A stretch of 64,000 nt of DNA from Candidatus Edwardsbacteria bacterium. GTDB taxonomy: Bacteria > Edwardsbacteria > AC1 > EtOH8. The DNA is taken from NCBI GenBank assembly GCA_018821925.1, contig JAHJLF010000030.1, forward strand, positions 5,851 through 69,850, given 5' to 3'. Each line of letters opens with the position of its first letter. The stretch's first letter is position 1. The position numbers and the translations under genes are program-made. This document shows, one piece after another, positions 9,726-19,147 of the stretch. Under the pieces are notes generated by a model. That model did not search any database. It had not been told where the DNA came from and saw only the letters and a list, made by a program, of their open reading frames with translations.

Positions 9726-10562
9726 ATGCGGGCCTGCATCGTCTATTTTTCACAGACCGGGAACACCCAAAAGATAGCCGAGGCCATCCAGGAACAGATG
9801 GCCAAAGCGGCCGGAGATTGCGCCCTGCTGCGCCTGGAGGAGGCCGACCCGGCCATCTTCTCCAATTACGATCTGGTCGGGTTAGGGTTGCCGGCTTTCT
9901 ATTTCAGGGAGCCCATTAATGTCAATCATTTCTTTAATGATCTGCCCGATCAAGGCAACACCGGCCGGCCAAAACCATTCTTCTTTTTTGTCACCCACGG
10001 CGGCACCCCCGGCGATGTGTATTCCCGGATCGACCGGCTGGCCGCCTCCCGGGGCCTGGAGACCATGGGGTTTTTCCAATGTTTGGGGGTCGATACCTAT
10101 CCTCCGTTTGCGGACAGAAAACCCTTGACCGCCTACGGACATCCCGACCAAAATGACCTGTTGCAGGCCAAGGCCTTTGCCAAAGACGTCATTCATAAGG
10201 CCGGAGCGTATCTTAGCCGGGGCGAATTTAAAAAGCCCAAGATCCCCGGGAATTGTATCACCCGGACCGTGGCCGGTTTTTTCAGCGAACGAAAAATACG
10301 CATGCGGATGAGGCAGCATCTGCTTCCGGCAAAAAAGATCCGGGAAAGTGCCTGCACCAAATGCGGCCTTTGTGTGGAAAGCTGCCCCCAGGGCATCATC
10401 AGCCTGAATCCCTATCCGTCCATCGACGAATCAAACTGCATCGCCTGCTATCACTGCCAACGGATCTGCCCTACCGGCGCCATAGACTGCGACTGGCGGG
10501 TCTTCAAATTCATCAGCGGCGAATATCTTCGATCCCAAAAGCCAATACCTCCCATTGATTGA
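9726..10562 (+). CDS. EFR1-family flavodoxin-ferredoxin fusion
   Basis: YFSQTGNT flavodoxin start; two CxxCxxCxxxCP 4Fe-4S motifs; GGGAGG RBS. Confidence 0.9.
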   Translation: MRACIVYFSQTGNTQKIAEAIQEQMAKAAGDCALLRLEEADPAIFSNYDLVGLGLPAFYFREPINVNHFFNDLPDQGNTGRPKPFFFFVTHGGTPGDVYSRIDRLAASRGLETMGFFQCLGVDTYPPFADRKPLTAYGHPDQNDLLQAKAFAKDVIHKAGAYLSRGEFKKPKIPGNCITRTVAGFFSERKIRMRMRQHLLPAKKIRESACTKCGLCVESCPQGIISLNPYPSIDESNCIACYHCQRICPTGAIDCDWRVFKFISGEYLRSQKPIPPID

Positions 10563-10587
10563 ATACATTACATTTTAGGAGCATATA

Positions 10588-11715
10588 ATGTCCCGCAAAA
10601 AAACATCCCTTGAGAAAAACATCCCGGACCAGGCCGGAGAGAATCCTACCCTGAAGCTGATCGAACGCCTGACCGCGGCTCCCGGGCCGTCCGGCTACGA
10701 GACCCGGGCCGCCTTCGCCGCCGGGGAGGAGCTGGCCCCCTTCGCCACCAAGGTCAAGGTGGACAAGATGGGCAGCGTGGTGGCCTTTAAGAAGGGGCTG
10801 TCCCGGGACGGCAAAAAGATCCTGCTGGCCGCCCATCTGGACGAGATCGGCCTGCTGATAACCGGCATCGAGCCGGGGGGGTTCCTGCGCTTCACCCAGG
10901 TGGGAGGATTCGACGCCCGGGTGCTGCTGGGCCAGGAGGTGATGCTGCACCCGGTCGGCCGGTACGGGCCGGACACCCGGATCGCCCTGCCGGGGATCAT
11001 CGGAGCCAAGCCCCCGCATTTCCAGACCCCGGAGGAATCGAGCCAGGTGATTCCCATGGAGGATCTGTATATCGACTTGGGATTGGATGAGGCGGCGGCC
11101 AAAGCCAAAATCAGCATCGGAGACCTGGCCACCCTAAGGATGCCACTTACCAATCTCAAGAACGACCGGGCGGCCGGAAAGGCTATGGACAACCGAGCCT
11201 GCATCGCCATCATGGTCCAGGCCCTGGAGATACTCAGCAAATGCCATCACAGCTGGGATGTTTATGCGGTGGCCACCGTCCAGGAGGAGGTGTCCGGCCT
11301 GGGGGCGCTGACCTCCGCTTTTGACATCCATCCCGACATAGGTATAGCCATAGACGTCACCCACGGCGATATGCCGGGAGTGCCCGACAACGACACTTTT
11401 GCCATCGGCAAGGGACCCACCATCACCGTCGGGCCCAACATCCACCCGGCCATCGCCGACAAATTGAAGAAGGTGGCCAAGCGCGAGGAGATCCCCTTTC
11501 AGATAGAACCCTGCGCCGGCATCACCGGGACCGATGCGGTGGATATTCAGATATCCCAAGAGGGCATTCCCACCGGCCTGCTGGGCCTGCCCCTGCGTTA
11601 CATGCATACCCCCGTGGAGACCCTGGCGGCGGTGGACGTGGAGCGCTCGGCTAGACTGTTGGCCCGTTTCATCCAGGATCTGGACGACATAAACTTGGAA
11701 TGGAAGGACGACTGA
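10588..11715 (+). CDS. M42 family aminopeptidase (paralog 1)
   Basis: AAHLDE, MDNR, QEE, IDVT, YMHTP metal-ligand motifs. Confidence 0.92.
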   Translation: MSRKKTSLEKNIPDQAGENPTLKLIERLTAAPGPSGYETRAAFAAGEELAPFATKVKVDKMGSVVAFKKGLSRDGKKILLAAHLDEIGLLITGIEPGGFLRFTQVGGFDARVLLGQEVMLHPVGRYGPDTRIALPGIIGAKPPHFQTPEESSQVIPMEDLYIDLGLDEAAAKAKISIGDLATLRMPLTNLKNDRAAGKAMDNRACIAIMVQALEILSKCHHSWDVYAVATVQEEVSGLGALTSAFDIHPDIGIAIDVTHGDMPGVPDNDTFAIGKGPTITVGPNIHPAIADKLKKVAKREEIPFQIEPCAGITGTDAVDIQISQEGIPTGLLGLPLRYMHTPVETLAAVDVERSARLLARFIQDLDDINLEWKDD

Positions 11716-11766
11716 AAAGACCTTCCGGGCAACACTGGCTATGCAATTGATCAAAACATATAATAC

Positions 11767-11910
11767 ATGTTAAAACCAGTGGACAAAGAAAAGGCAAAAC
11801 AGGCCGTGAGCCAGTACTTTGAAAAGAAAAAGAAGACAGAACAAGAAGGCCAACAATCGGCTCCAGTGGATGGCGATCCTGCGAGCGGCCCCGCCACCAC
11901 TGAGCCGTGA
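11767..11910 (+). pseudogene. Probable 3' remnant of a gene-cassette ORF reading through an attC site
   Basis: 47 codons (MLKPVD...EGQQSAPVDGDPASGPATTEP) ending inside the attC stem; no convincing RBS. Confidence 0.4.
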
Positions 11911-11918
11911 CGTTAGGC
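11848..11918 (+). mobile_element. Integron attC site
   Basis: GGCCAAC ... GTTAGGC ends. Arms CGGCTC/GAGCCG, AGTGG/CCACT and TGGCG/CGCCA pair, leaving unpaired C and A (= G and T extrahelical bases on the bottom strand). Confidence 0.75.
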
Positions 11919-11945
11919 AACATTTCATCAACTAAGGGAGTTAAA

Positions 11946-12278
11946 ATGGCAGTTCCGGTTTTAGCAATCATCAAAGCCTTTGGGCCTTACATTGCTCAAA
12001 TAGCGTCCGCTGCAATACCTGCCTTTACATCCAAATCTGAAGCCGTTAAAGCCGATCCTGTTTTAACAAAACAGATCGAAGAACTCCAATCCGCAGCAAC
12101 ACAGAATGCTCAATCTATTCACGTTTTAGCTAAAAAAATGCAACAGGCGGTACAAGGCATTGAGACTGCTGCTCAGGAGGTAAAGAAACAGGTTGATACT
12201 TACAAGATAATGCTTTTGCTCTCTTTGGGTTTATCTCTTGTATCTCTTGCAACATGTATTTACCTTCTTGCCAAATAA
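11946..12278 (+). CDS. Cassette-borne hypothetical protein (coiled coil + C-terminal TM), lower GC
   Basis: AAGGGAG RBS before ATG 11946; lies between two attC-like sites. Confidence 0.75.
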   Translation: MAVPVLAIIKAFGPYIAQIASAAIPAFTSKSEAVKADPVLTKQIEELQSAATQNAQSIHVLAKKMQQAVQGIETAAQEVKKQVDTYKIMLLLSLGLSLVSLATCIYLLAK

Positions 12279-12279
12279 A

Positions 12280-12345
12280 TGCCTACAACAAAGTTATGCG
12301 TGACGCTGTTCTAAAGCGCCGCGCCCCTTACTTTCGACATTAGAA
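12280..12345 (+). mobile_element. Degenerate attC site
   Basis: TGCCTACAAC (TGCCTAAC, the reverse complement of the upstream GTTAGGCA, plus 2 nt) ... AAAGT/ACTTT arms ... ATTAGAA (GTTRRRY with G>A). Confidence 0.5.
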
Positions 12346-12386
12346 CCCACGAATTAGTTATAATAATTTTATTGACGGGATATAAA

Positions 12387-13436
12387 ATGTTAGATCTGAA
12401 ATTGATAGCAGAGATCACCAACGCATTCGGGGTCAGCGGCTGCGAGGGCGAGATCCGCAACATCGTCCGCAAACACATCACCAAGAACGTCGACCAGATC
12501 CGGGTGGACGCCTTGGGCAACCTGATAGCTTATAAAAAAGCTTCTCCTTCGCAAAAGCTACGGCGAACAGGCCGGGCTTTAAAAGTGATGCTGGCTGCCC
12601 ACATGGACGAGGTGGGATTGATGGTCACCTCCATCGATAAATCGGGATTTCTGCAGTTCGACAAGGTGGGCGGGGTAGACAACCGGGTACTGCTGGCCAA
12701 GAAAGTGCTGGTGGGAAAGGACAAGATCCCCGGGGTGATCGGCTCCAAGGCTATTCACCTTATTGCCCGTAAAGGAGAACATAAAAAAGTTTCTCCTCAC
12801 AGTGATCTATCGATCGATATCGGAGCCAGCAGCCTGGAGGATGCCCAGAAGTTCGTCTCCCCGGGCGATTATGTGATGTTCGACACCAAGTTCGAGGACT
12901 GGGGGAAAATCCTCAAGGCCAAGGCCTTTGACGACCGGATCGGCTGTTATCTGATGATCGAACTGCTTAAGGGAAAATACCCCTTTGACATCTACGCCGC
13001 CTTCACCACCCAAGAGGAGGTCGGTTTGCGGGGCGGCCGGGTGGCGGCCTATAGGGATGAGCCGGATATGGCCTTCATCCTAGAAGGCACCGGGGCTGGT
13101 GACATGCCCCAGCCCAAAGAACGTGACGAAAGCCTGGTGCCGGGCCTGGGACTGGGGCCGGTAATCACCATCATGGACCGCTCGGTGTTCTGCGACCAGG
13201 GCCTGGTGAAACTGTTGACCGACACCGCCCGGGCCAACCGCATCCCCCATCAGATCAAACGGCCGGGAATAGGCGGCACCGACGCCGGACGGATCCACCT
13301 AAGCAAAGGCGGCGTCCCCACGGTAGTGCTGGCCATCCCCTCGCGCTACATCCATTCGCCGGTGTGTCTGTCCAGCAAAAAGGATATCGAGAACGGCCTG
13401 AAGCTGATGCGGCTGGCACTGAAGAAGGTCAAATAA
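12387..13436 (+). CDS. M42 family aminopeptidase (paralog 2)
   Basis: AAHMDE, FDDR, QEE, LEGT, YIHSP; start placed at ATG 12387. Confidence 0.92.
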   Translation: MLDLKLIAEITNAFGVSGCEGEIRNIVRKHITKNVDQIRVDALGNLIAYKKASPSQKLRRTGRALKVMLAAHMDEVGLMVTSIDKSGFLQFDKVGGVDNRVLLAKKVLVGKDKIPGVIGSKAIHLIARKGEHKKVSPHSDLSIDIGASSLEDAQKFVSPGDYVMFDTKFEDWGKILKAKAFDDRIGCYLMIELLKGKYPFDIYAAFTTQEEVGLRGGRVAAYRDEPDMAFILEGTGAGDMPQPKERDESLVPGLGLGPVITIMDRSVFCDQGLVKLLTDTARANRIPHQIKRPGIGGTDAGRIHLSKGGVPTVVLAIPSRYIHSPVCLSSKKDIENGLKLMRLALKKVK

Positions 13437-13497
13437 AAAAAGAGAGCCCGGAGGCTCCCTTTAAAGATCGTTGTATTAATAGAATATCAGCGGCGGA

Positions 13498-13854
13498 TCA
13501 TACCGCCACGGCTATCTGCTCCAGAAGCTTCTGAGTATCGAACGGCTTGGAAACCACATCGACCACTTTGAACTTATTTGCCCGGGCCTTAAGTTCGGGA
13601 CTGCCGAAGGCGGTGATCATGATCACCGGAAGCTCCGGCCAGCGATGCCGGACCTCGCACAGCACCTCGATGCCGTCCATACCGGGCAGCATGTAGTCCA
13701 GCAACAACAGGTCGGCAGGGGTTTTCCCCATCTGTTCCAGCCCGTCCTGGCCGTCGTAGGCCACCATGGCCTCGTACCCCTCAGACTCCAGCAGGGTGGT
13801 CATCATCTCGCCAACTGCCGGCTCGTCGTCGATGATCATTATTTTCTTGCTCAT
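13498..13854 (-). CDS. Single-domain response regulator (CheY-like receiver)
   Basis: IIDDE, LLDYMLPGMDG, ITAFG, SKPF; start placed at MSKKIMII. Confidence 0.9.
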   Translation of the reverse strand: MSKKIMIIDDEPAVGEMMTTLLESEGYEAMVAYDGQDGLEQMGKTPADLLLLDYMLPGMDGIEVLCEVRHRWPELPVIMITAFGSPELKARANKFKVVDVVSKPFDTQKLLEQIAVAV

Positions 13855-14014
13855 CAGCTCTCCATGATTGATATATGGAACTATCTGCCGCCCCTTAAGC
13901 AGGACATCAGTATATAACAATAATTTTTATAAAGTCAAGCTTTTTTTAATACGATCAATATCCGCCCGGAACGTCTGCTGTATGAAGTTGTTTCCGAAGC
14001 CATGGCTTTTACCA

Positions 14015-14043
14015 TTGACAGAGGGGATAAAAAGCAATAATAT
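14015..14043 (+). promoter_or_regulatory. sigma70-type promoter
   Basis: TTGACA - 17 bp - TAATAT upstream of M42 paralog 3. Confidence 0.7.
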
Positions 14044-14109
14044 TAACCATTACGCCCTAGGTTAATAAATATTTATAAAAAAAGATAACCCTTTACAAGG
14101 AATTATTTA

Positions 14110-15114
14110 ATGAAAGACATCATCAAAAGACTCACCGAGACCTACGGCCCGTCCGGCAGCGAGGGCAAGATCAGGGAGCAGATCAAAAAGGAGATCCGGG
14201 GGCTGGCCGACCAGGTCAGCACCGATGTGCTGGGCAACCTGATCGCAATCAAGAAGGGTAAGGGCTCCCGGGTGATGGTGGCGGCCCACATGGACGAGAT
14301 CGGATTCATCATTACCCATATAGATAAGAACGGCTTCCTGCGCTTCTCCAATATCGGCGGGATATATCCCTACAATATCATCGCCCAGCGGGTGGTCTTC
14401 GAAAACGGCATCATCGGCACAATCAACGAGGAGCGCTCGGAGAAGCCGACCGACCCCAGGCGGCTGGACCGGATGTATATCGACATTGGTGTCAAGGATC
14501 ATAAAGAAGCCTCGGCCAAGGTGTCGGTGGGCGACGTGGCCGGGTTTCACCGGGCCTGCGAATTCTTGGGAAACAGGGCTATAGCCAAATCCATGGATGA
14601 CCGGATCGGCTGCGCCATCATGATCGAGGTCATGAAACAGCTCAAGAAAAGCCCCAACCAGATATATTTCGTCTTCACCACCCAGGAGGAGGTGGGGCTG
14701 CGGGGGGCCACCACCGCCGCTTTCGGGGTAGCCCCGGACCTGGGGATAGCGGTGGACATCACCGGGGCCTTCGACACCCCCGAGGAGAAGCCCAAGCTGC
14801 CGTCGGTGCTGGGCAAGGGGACCGCCATTAAGATCAAGGACGCCGGGATGCTGGCCCACCCGGCAGTGAAAAAACTGCTGGTGGATACCGCCAAGGCCGG
14901 CAGGATCCCCTACCAGTTTGACATTCTGGAGGGCGGCACCACCGACGGGTCGGTAATCAACAAGACCCGGTCCGGCATACCCACCGGGGTGCTGTCGGTG
15001 CCCACCAGGTATGCCCACTCGGCCTCGGAGATGGTGGATATGGTCGACGTTAAAGCCACGGTGGACCTGTTGGTCAAACTGCTCTCATCTAACCTCAAAG
15101 CCAAGGGGTTCTAA
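14110..15114 (+). CDS. M42 family aminopeptidase (paralog 3)
   Basis: AAHMDE, MDDR, QEE, VDIT, YAHSA. Confidence 0.92.
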   Translation: MKDIIKRLTETYGPSGSEGKIREQIKKEIRGLADQVSTDVLGNLIAIKKGKGSRVMVAAHMDEIGFIITHIDKNGFLRFSNIGGIYPYNIIAQRVVFENGIIGTINEERSEKPTDPRRLDRMYIDIGVKDHKEASAKVSVGDVAGFHRACEFLGNRAIAKSMDDRIGCAIMIEVMKQLKKSPNQIYFVFTTQEEVGLRGATTAAFGVAPDLGIAVDITGAFDTPEEKPKLPSVLGKGTAIKIKDAGMLAHPAVKKLLVDTAKAGRIPYQFDILEGGTTDGSVINKTRSGIPTGVLSVPTRYAHSASEMVDMVDVKATVDLLVKLLSSNLKAKGF

Positions 15115-15154
15115 GCCAAGATTTGTTAACTCTATATTTGTTATTATCTAAAAA

Positions 15155-15946
15155 ATGAAAAAACGGGAACGCTATATATCATTCATAATCGCGCCGCATC
15201 ACAAGGCCCCGCCATGGCAGATGGATATCTCCTATACCAACCTGAAGCGCATCGCCATTCTGCTGGCCGGATTTCTGCTGCTAGCGATATTTTTCATGGT
15301 CAATTACGGCCATATTTTCTGGCGGGCCAGCCAGTATGAGATAATGAAAAATAGAACCCGGGAGGTTGAAGAGAAATTCAGCGAGCTGCGAGAGCTGAAA
15401 CAGGAGCTCTCCGACCTAAAAAGAACCGAGGTAAAATTACAACACATGCTGGGCATCTCCCAGCAGCCGGTCCTGCTTTCCTTGAACGACATTACCCGGA
15501 ACACCTCGTTAAATGCCTCGATTGCCGGAGAACCGGCTCCCTTGAGCAGCCCCAAAGATACGGTATCCTTGAGCATCGAGCGCTCGACCCCCAGCATCAT
15601 GCCGGTCAAGGGATGGATCTCGGCAAAAATAGGAGCCAATCATAATGGCATTGATATCGCCGCCCGGGAGGGCGACCCGGTGGTGGCGGCGGCCGACGGC
15701 ATAGTCATCTTTGCCGGATGGGATAATTATTTCGGCAACAAGGTGGAGATAGCCCACGGCCAGAAATTCAGCACCATGTATGGCCACAACGCCAAACTAT
15801 TTGTCAAAGAAAAACAGATCGTCAAACAGGGGCAGGTGATCGCGCTGGTGGGCTCCACCGGGCAAAGCTCCGGCCCCCACCTGCATTACGAGGTCCGGAT
15901 CAACGGCAAACCGGTCGATCCATCCTATCACTGGATAAATCATTGA
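15155..15946 (+). CDS. M23 family metallopeptidase (N-terminal TM + coiled coil)
   Basis: HNGIDIA and GPHLHYEVR zinc motifs. Confidence 0.92.
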   Translation: MKKRERYISFIIAPHHKAPPWQMDISYTNLKRIAILLAGFLLLAIFFMVNYGHIFWRASQYEIMKNRTREVEEKFSELRELKQELSDLKRTEVKLQHMLGISQQPVLLSLNDITRNTSLNASIAGEPAPLSSPKDTVSLSIERSTPSIMPVKGWISAKIGANHNGIDIAAREGDPVVAAADGIVIFAGWDNYFGNKVEIAHGQKFSTMYGHNAKLFVKEKQIVKQGQVIALVGSTGQSSGPHLHYEVRINGKPVDPSYHWINH

Positions 15947-15965
15947 CAGCGCCTTAAAATTTCTC

Positions 15966-16068
15966 TTGACAATCTCGGATTAACCTGATATATTTACTGG
16001 GCTGACAAATAAATACGTATCCCCTTTATGAAATCGCGGACTTTATTTCCGTGATTTCTTTTTCTTTT
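15966..16068 (+). promoter_or_regulatory. Promoter followed by an intrinsic-terminator-like hairpin upstream of dnaA
   Basis: TTGACA(15966)-17 bp-TATATT(15989); hairpin GAAATCGCGGA/TCCGTGATTTC (16030-16058) plus T tract. Confidence 0.5.
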
Positions 16069-16079
16069 TATAGCCATCC

Positions 16080-16345
16080 TGTGGAAAAGTGTGTGGATAA
16101 CTCCATCCCGGCGGTGTTTCGTATTAAGTCCTTGTTAAATCAAAAATTAGCCCCAACTATGGCCATGTGGATAAATAATAAATCAACTGTTGAATATTTG
16201 TGTTACTTGTTTTAATGCAACACCTTGTGCTGATCGACCACCTGTGGATAAATCTGTTAAGAACTTAAAAACTGCATCACCATTAATGTAATAAGCCACA
16301 ACCCTCAACAACCCTTAAAAACACTGCCTTTCTGATTGTGGATAT
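16080..16345. promoter_or_regulatory. DnaA-box cluster (oriC part 1 / dnaA autoregulation)
   Basis: Perfect TGTGGATAA at 16092, 16166 and 16243; 1-mismatch boxes at 16080 and 16337; all in the same orientation. Confidence 0.85.
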
Positions 16346-16348
16346 CCT

Positions 16349-17689
16349 ATGAACCAACAAATACAAGCGCTGTGGGCCCAGTCCCAGGACAGGATCAAGG
16401 AACGGATAGGTTCCCAGAGTTTTGACACCTGGATAAAGCCTCTGACCGCCCTGACGGTTGGCGAGGACAGCCTGACCCTCAAGGTTCCCAACCACTTTTT
16501 TGTGGAATGGCTGGGGCAGCATTACCTTAATATGATGAAAGAGGTGGTCTCGGATATTTTTCATAAGCCCCTTTCCATAGTCCTGGTCCCTCCGGTGGGA
16601 GAAACCCAGGCCGCCGCCCGTCAAAAACCGGAGAGAACCGAATTCGTCCCGGCCCAGCCGACCAGCGAGAGCGGCCTCCGGGAGAGATATATCTTCGATA
16701 CCTTCGTCATAGGAAAAAGCAACGAGTTCGCCTACGCCACCGCTTTCGCCACCGCCCAGGATCCCGGCAAACTGTACAACCCTCTGTTCATCTACGGGGG
16801 GGTGGGGCTGGGAAAGACTCATCTGATGCAGGCCATTGGCCATTTCACCAAGCGCAAGAGGCCAAAGGCCCGGGTGCTGTATATTCCGGCCGAGAATCTG
16901 ATGAACGACTTGGTCTATGCCATTCAGAACCGCAAGATGCTGGAGTTCAAGAACCGTTATCGTTCGCTGGATATTCTGCTGCTGGACGACGTCCAATTCC
17001 TGTCCGAAAAATCCGGCCTGCAGGAGGAGATATTTCATACTTTCAACTCGCTGTATGACGCCCGCAAACAAATCGTCCTGACCTCCGACCGGCCGCCCAA
17101 GGATATCTCTCATCTGGAGGAGCGCTTGGTATCCCGCTTTCAAAGCGGCCTGGTGGCCGACATCCAGGCTCCGGATCTAGAGACCCGGGCGGCTATTCTC
17201 AAAAAGAAGGCCGAGCTGGACGGCCTCTCCATCCCCAACGATGTCATCTATTTCATCGCCGCTTCGGTGAAATCCAACATCCGTGAGCTTGAAGGGGCAT
17301 TGATAAGAGTGGTGGCTTTCTCCTCGGTGTCGGACCAGGAGCTGACGGTTGATTTTGCCCGGGAGGTCCTCAAGAACATTATCTCCCAAAAATCCCGCCT
17401 GATATCCATCGAGCTTATACAGAAAATAGTGGCCAACTACTATTCCATCCCCGAAGAGGCTCTCAAGTCAAAAAGGCGGATCAAAAAGCTGGTGCTGCCC
17501 AGGCAGCTGGCCATGTACCTAAGCCGGGAGCTAACCGCGGCCTCACTCAACGATATCGGCAACCGCTTCGGCGGAAAGGACCATACCACGGTGCTGCATG
17601 CCATATCCAAGATAAAGAAAATGATAGCCTCAGACGATGAGATAACCTCCCAGGCCGAGAGGATAACTGAGTTGATCAACGGTGGATAG
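16349..17689 (+). CDS. dnaA: Chromosomal replication initiator DnaA
   Basis: YNPLFIYGGVGLGKTHL, LLLDDVQF, NIRELEGAL, FGGKDHTTVLHA. Confidence 0.99.
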   Translation: MNQQIQALWAQSQDRIKERIGSQSFDTWIKPLTALTVGEDSLTLKVPNHFFVEWLGQHYLNMMKEVVSDIFHKPLSIVLVPPVGETQAAARQKPERTEFVPAQPTSESGLRERYIFDTFVIGKSNEFAYATAFATAQDPGKLYNPLFIYGGVGLGKTHLMQAIGHFTKRKRPKARVLYIPAENLMNDLVYAIQNRKMLEFKNRYRSLDILLLDDVQFLSEKSGLQEEIFHTFNSLYDARKQIVLTSDRPPKDISHLEERLVSRFQSGLVADIQAPDLETRAAILKKKAELDGLSIPNDVIYFIAASVKSNIRELEGALIRVVAFSSVSDQELTVDFAREVLKNIISQKSRLISIELIQKIVANYYSIPEEALKSKRRIKKLVLPRQLAMYLSRELTAASLNDIGNRFGGKDHTTVLHAISKIKKMIASDDEITSQAERITELINGG

Positions 17690-17933
17690 AATATTAATTT
17701 CTTTATTTTAACCCACCTGCCTGTTGACCACTGTTGACAACACCTCCAGATATCAACAGCTGATCAAAAACATATCCCCAGGATATACATTCTTTAATTT
17801 TTTCAACAGCATCGCTTTATATCAAACCGTCAACAATATCAAGATTTACTATTGACTTTTATTATAATTTAGATATATCATATATTAGTTCTTAAGTATA
17901 AATTTAAAACCAGAAATTTGGAGCCGGTATCAA
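17690..17933. other. AT-rich dnaA-dnaN intergenic region with degenerate DnaA boxes (oriC part 2 / unwinding element)
   Basis: Very AT-rich; TGTTGACAA, ATATCAACA, ATATCCCCA, TTTTCAACA are 2-mismatch boxes. Confidence 0.65.
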
Positions 17934-19043
17934 ATGAAATTTTCCGTTAACCAGGAGAAACTTTTCACCTGCCTACAGAGCCTGATTGGGGTGGTGCCGA
18001 CTAAGAGCACTTTTCCGGTTCTGAACAATATCCTGATAGAGGCTAACAACAATAAACTGAAATTATCGGCCACCGATCTGGAGATAGCGGCTGTGACCCA
18101 GATAGAGGCCCAAACCGCCAGCAACGGTTCCATCACCGTGCCGGCCAAGCAATTCTTCGAGATAATCAAACAGCTGCCGCCATTAAATGTGGATTTTGAG
18201 GTCACCGGCAATAAAGTAACCATCAAATGCGACCGCAGCCGCTTCAATATCATCGGCCTGCCCAAGGAGGACTTTCCTAAGATACCGGAGATCAGTAAGG
18301 AAAAGAGCGTCAAACTTGGCAGCGGAATACTGCAGAACATCATCAAGAAGACCCTATTCGCGGTGTCCACCGACAGCTCCCGTCCCGACCTGTGCGGGGT
18401 ATTCCTGCAGATGAGCGGCGACAAACTTAAAGTTGTCACCACCGACGCCCACCGGCTGGCCATGCTGGAGACCATGATCCCGCCTATCTCCCAGAACAGC
18501 GAGCTGCTGTTGTCTCCTAAGGGCCTGAACATCGTCAATCGGATGCTGCCCGGCTCGGATACCGAGATCACCCTGCGGTTTGATGACAGCTATTCTCAGT
18601 TCAGTTTTGAGGACACCCAAGTCTATGCCCGGCATATCGAGGGCCCCTACCGGGATTACGAGAAGGCCATCCCTAAGACCAACAAAAAGACCCTGACCGT
18701 CAACGTGGACCTGCTGACCGCGGCGGTGCGCCGGGTGGCTATATTGTCCGATACCTTTACCCATCAAATCAGGCTTTCCTTAAAGGCCGACAGCATAGAG
18801 CTCTCCAGCCAGACGGTGGATATCGGCGAGGCCAGAGAGACCATCGCCGCAGTGTTCAAGGGCGAGGATATGGAGATAGGATACAATGCCAGCTACCTGC
18901 TGGACATCATCAAGAACGTGGATTCCGAGGAGATGATCTGCTCCCTGAACACCTCATTGTCGGCCGCCCTGATCAATCCGGCCAAGCAGGCTGAGGACTA
19001 TAGCCTGATGTACCTGCTGATGCCCATCAGGCTTCCGGAATAG
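17934..19043 (+). CDS. dnaN: DNA polymerase III beta sliding clamp
   Basis: SATDLE, VTTDAHRLA, IGYNASYLLD, YLLMPIRL C-terminus; follows dnaA. Confidence 0.98.
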   Translation: MKFSVNQEKLFTCLQSLIGVVPTKSTFPVLNNILIEANNNKLKLSATDLEIAAVTQIEAQTASNGSITVPAKQFFEIIKQLPPLNVDFEVTGNKVTIKCDRSRFNIIGLPKEDFPKIPEISKEKSVKLGSGILQNIIKKTLFAVSTDSSRPDLCGVFLQMSGDKLKVVTTDAHRLAMLETMIPPISQNSELLLSPKGLNIVNRMLPGSDTEITLRFDDSYSQFSFEDTQVYARHIEGPYRDYEKAIPKTNKKTLTVNVDLLTAAVRRVAILSDTFTHQIRLSLKADSIELSSQTVDIGEARETIAAVFKGEDMEIGYNASYLLDIIKNVDSEEMICSLNTSLSAALINPAKQAEDYSLMYLLMPIRLPE

Positions 19044-19061
19044 AGAGAAAAATAATTACCC

Positions 19062-19116
19062 AAAAAAGGAAGTAAGCCTTTTGGCCGGGCGCCGGATTTA
19101 TTACTTCCTTTTTTTT
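19062..19116 (+). terminator. Intrinsic terminator after dnaN
   Basis: AAAAAAGGAAGTAA ... TTACTTCCTTTTTTTT inverted repeat. Confidence 0.7.
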
Positions 19117-19147
19117 AATCCGAAATCAAATCAATTACAGGTGAATA

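Noticed and set aside
15947-16348. rpmH or a tRNA upstream of dnaA
   Set aside because: No MKRT-like short ORF on either strand and no cloverleaf or TTCGA T-loop pattern recognised.
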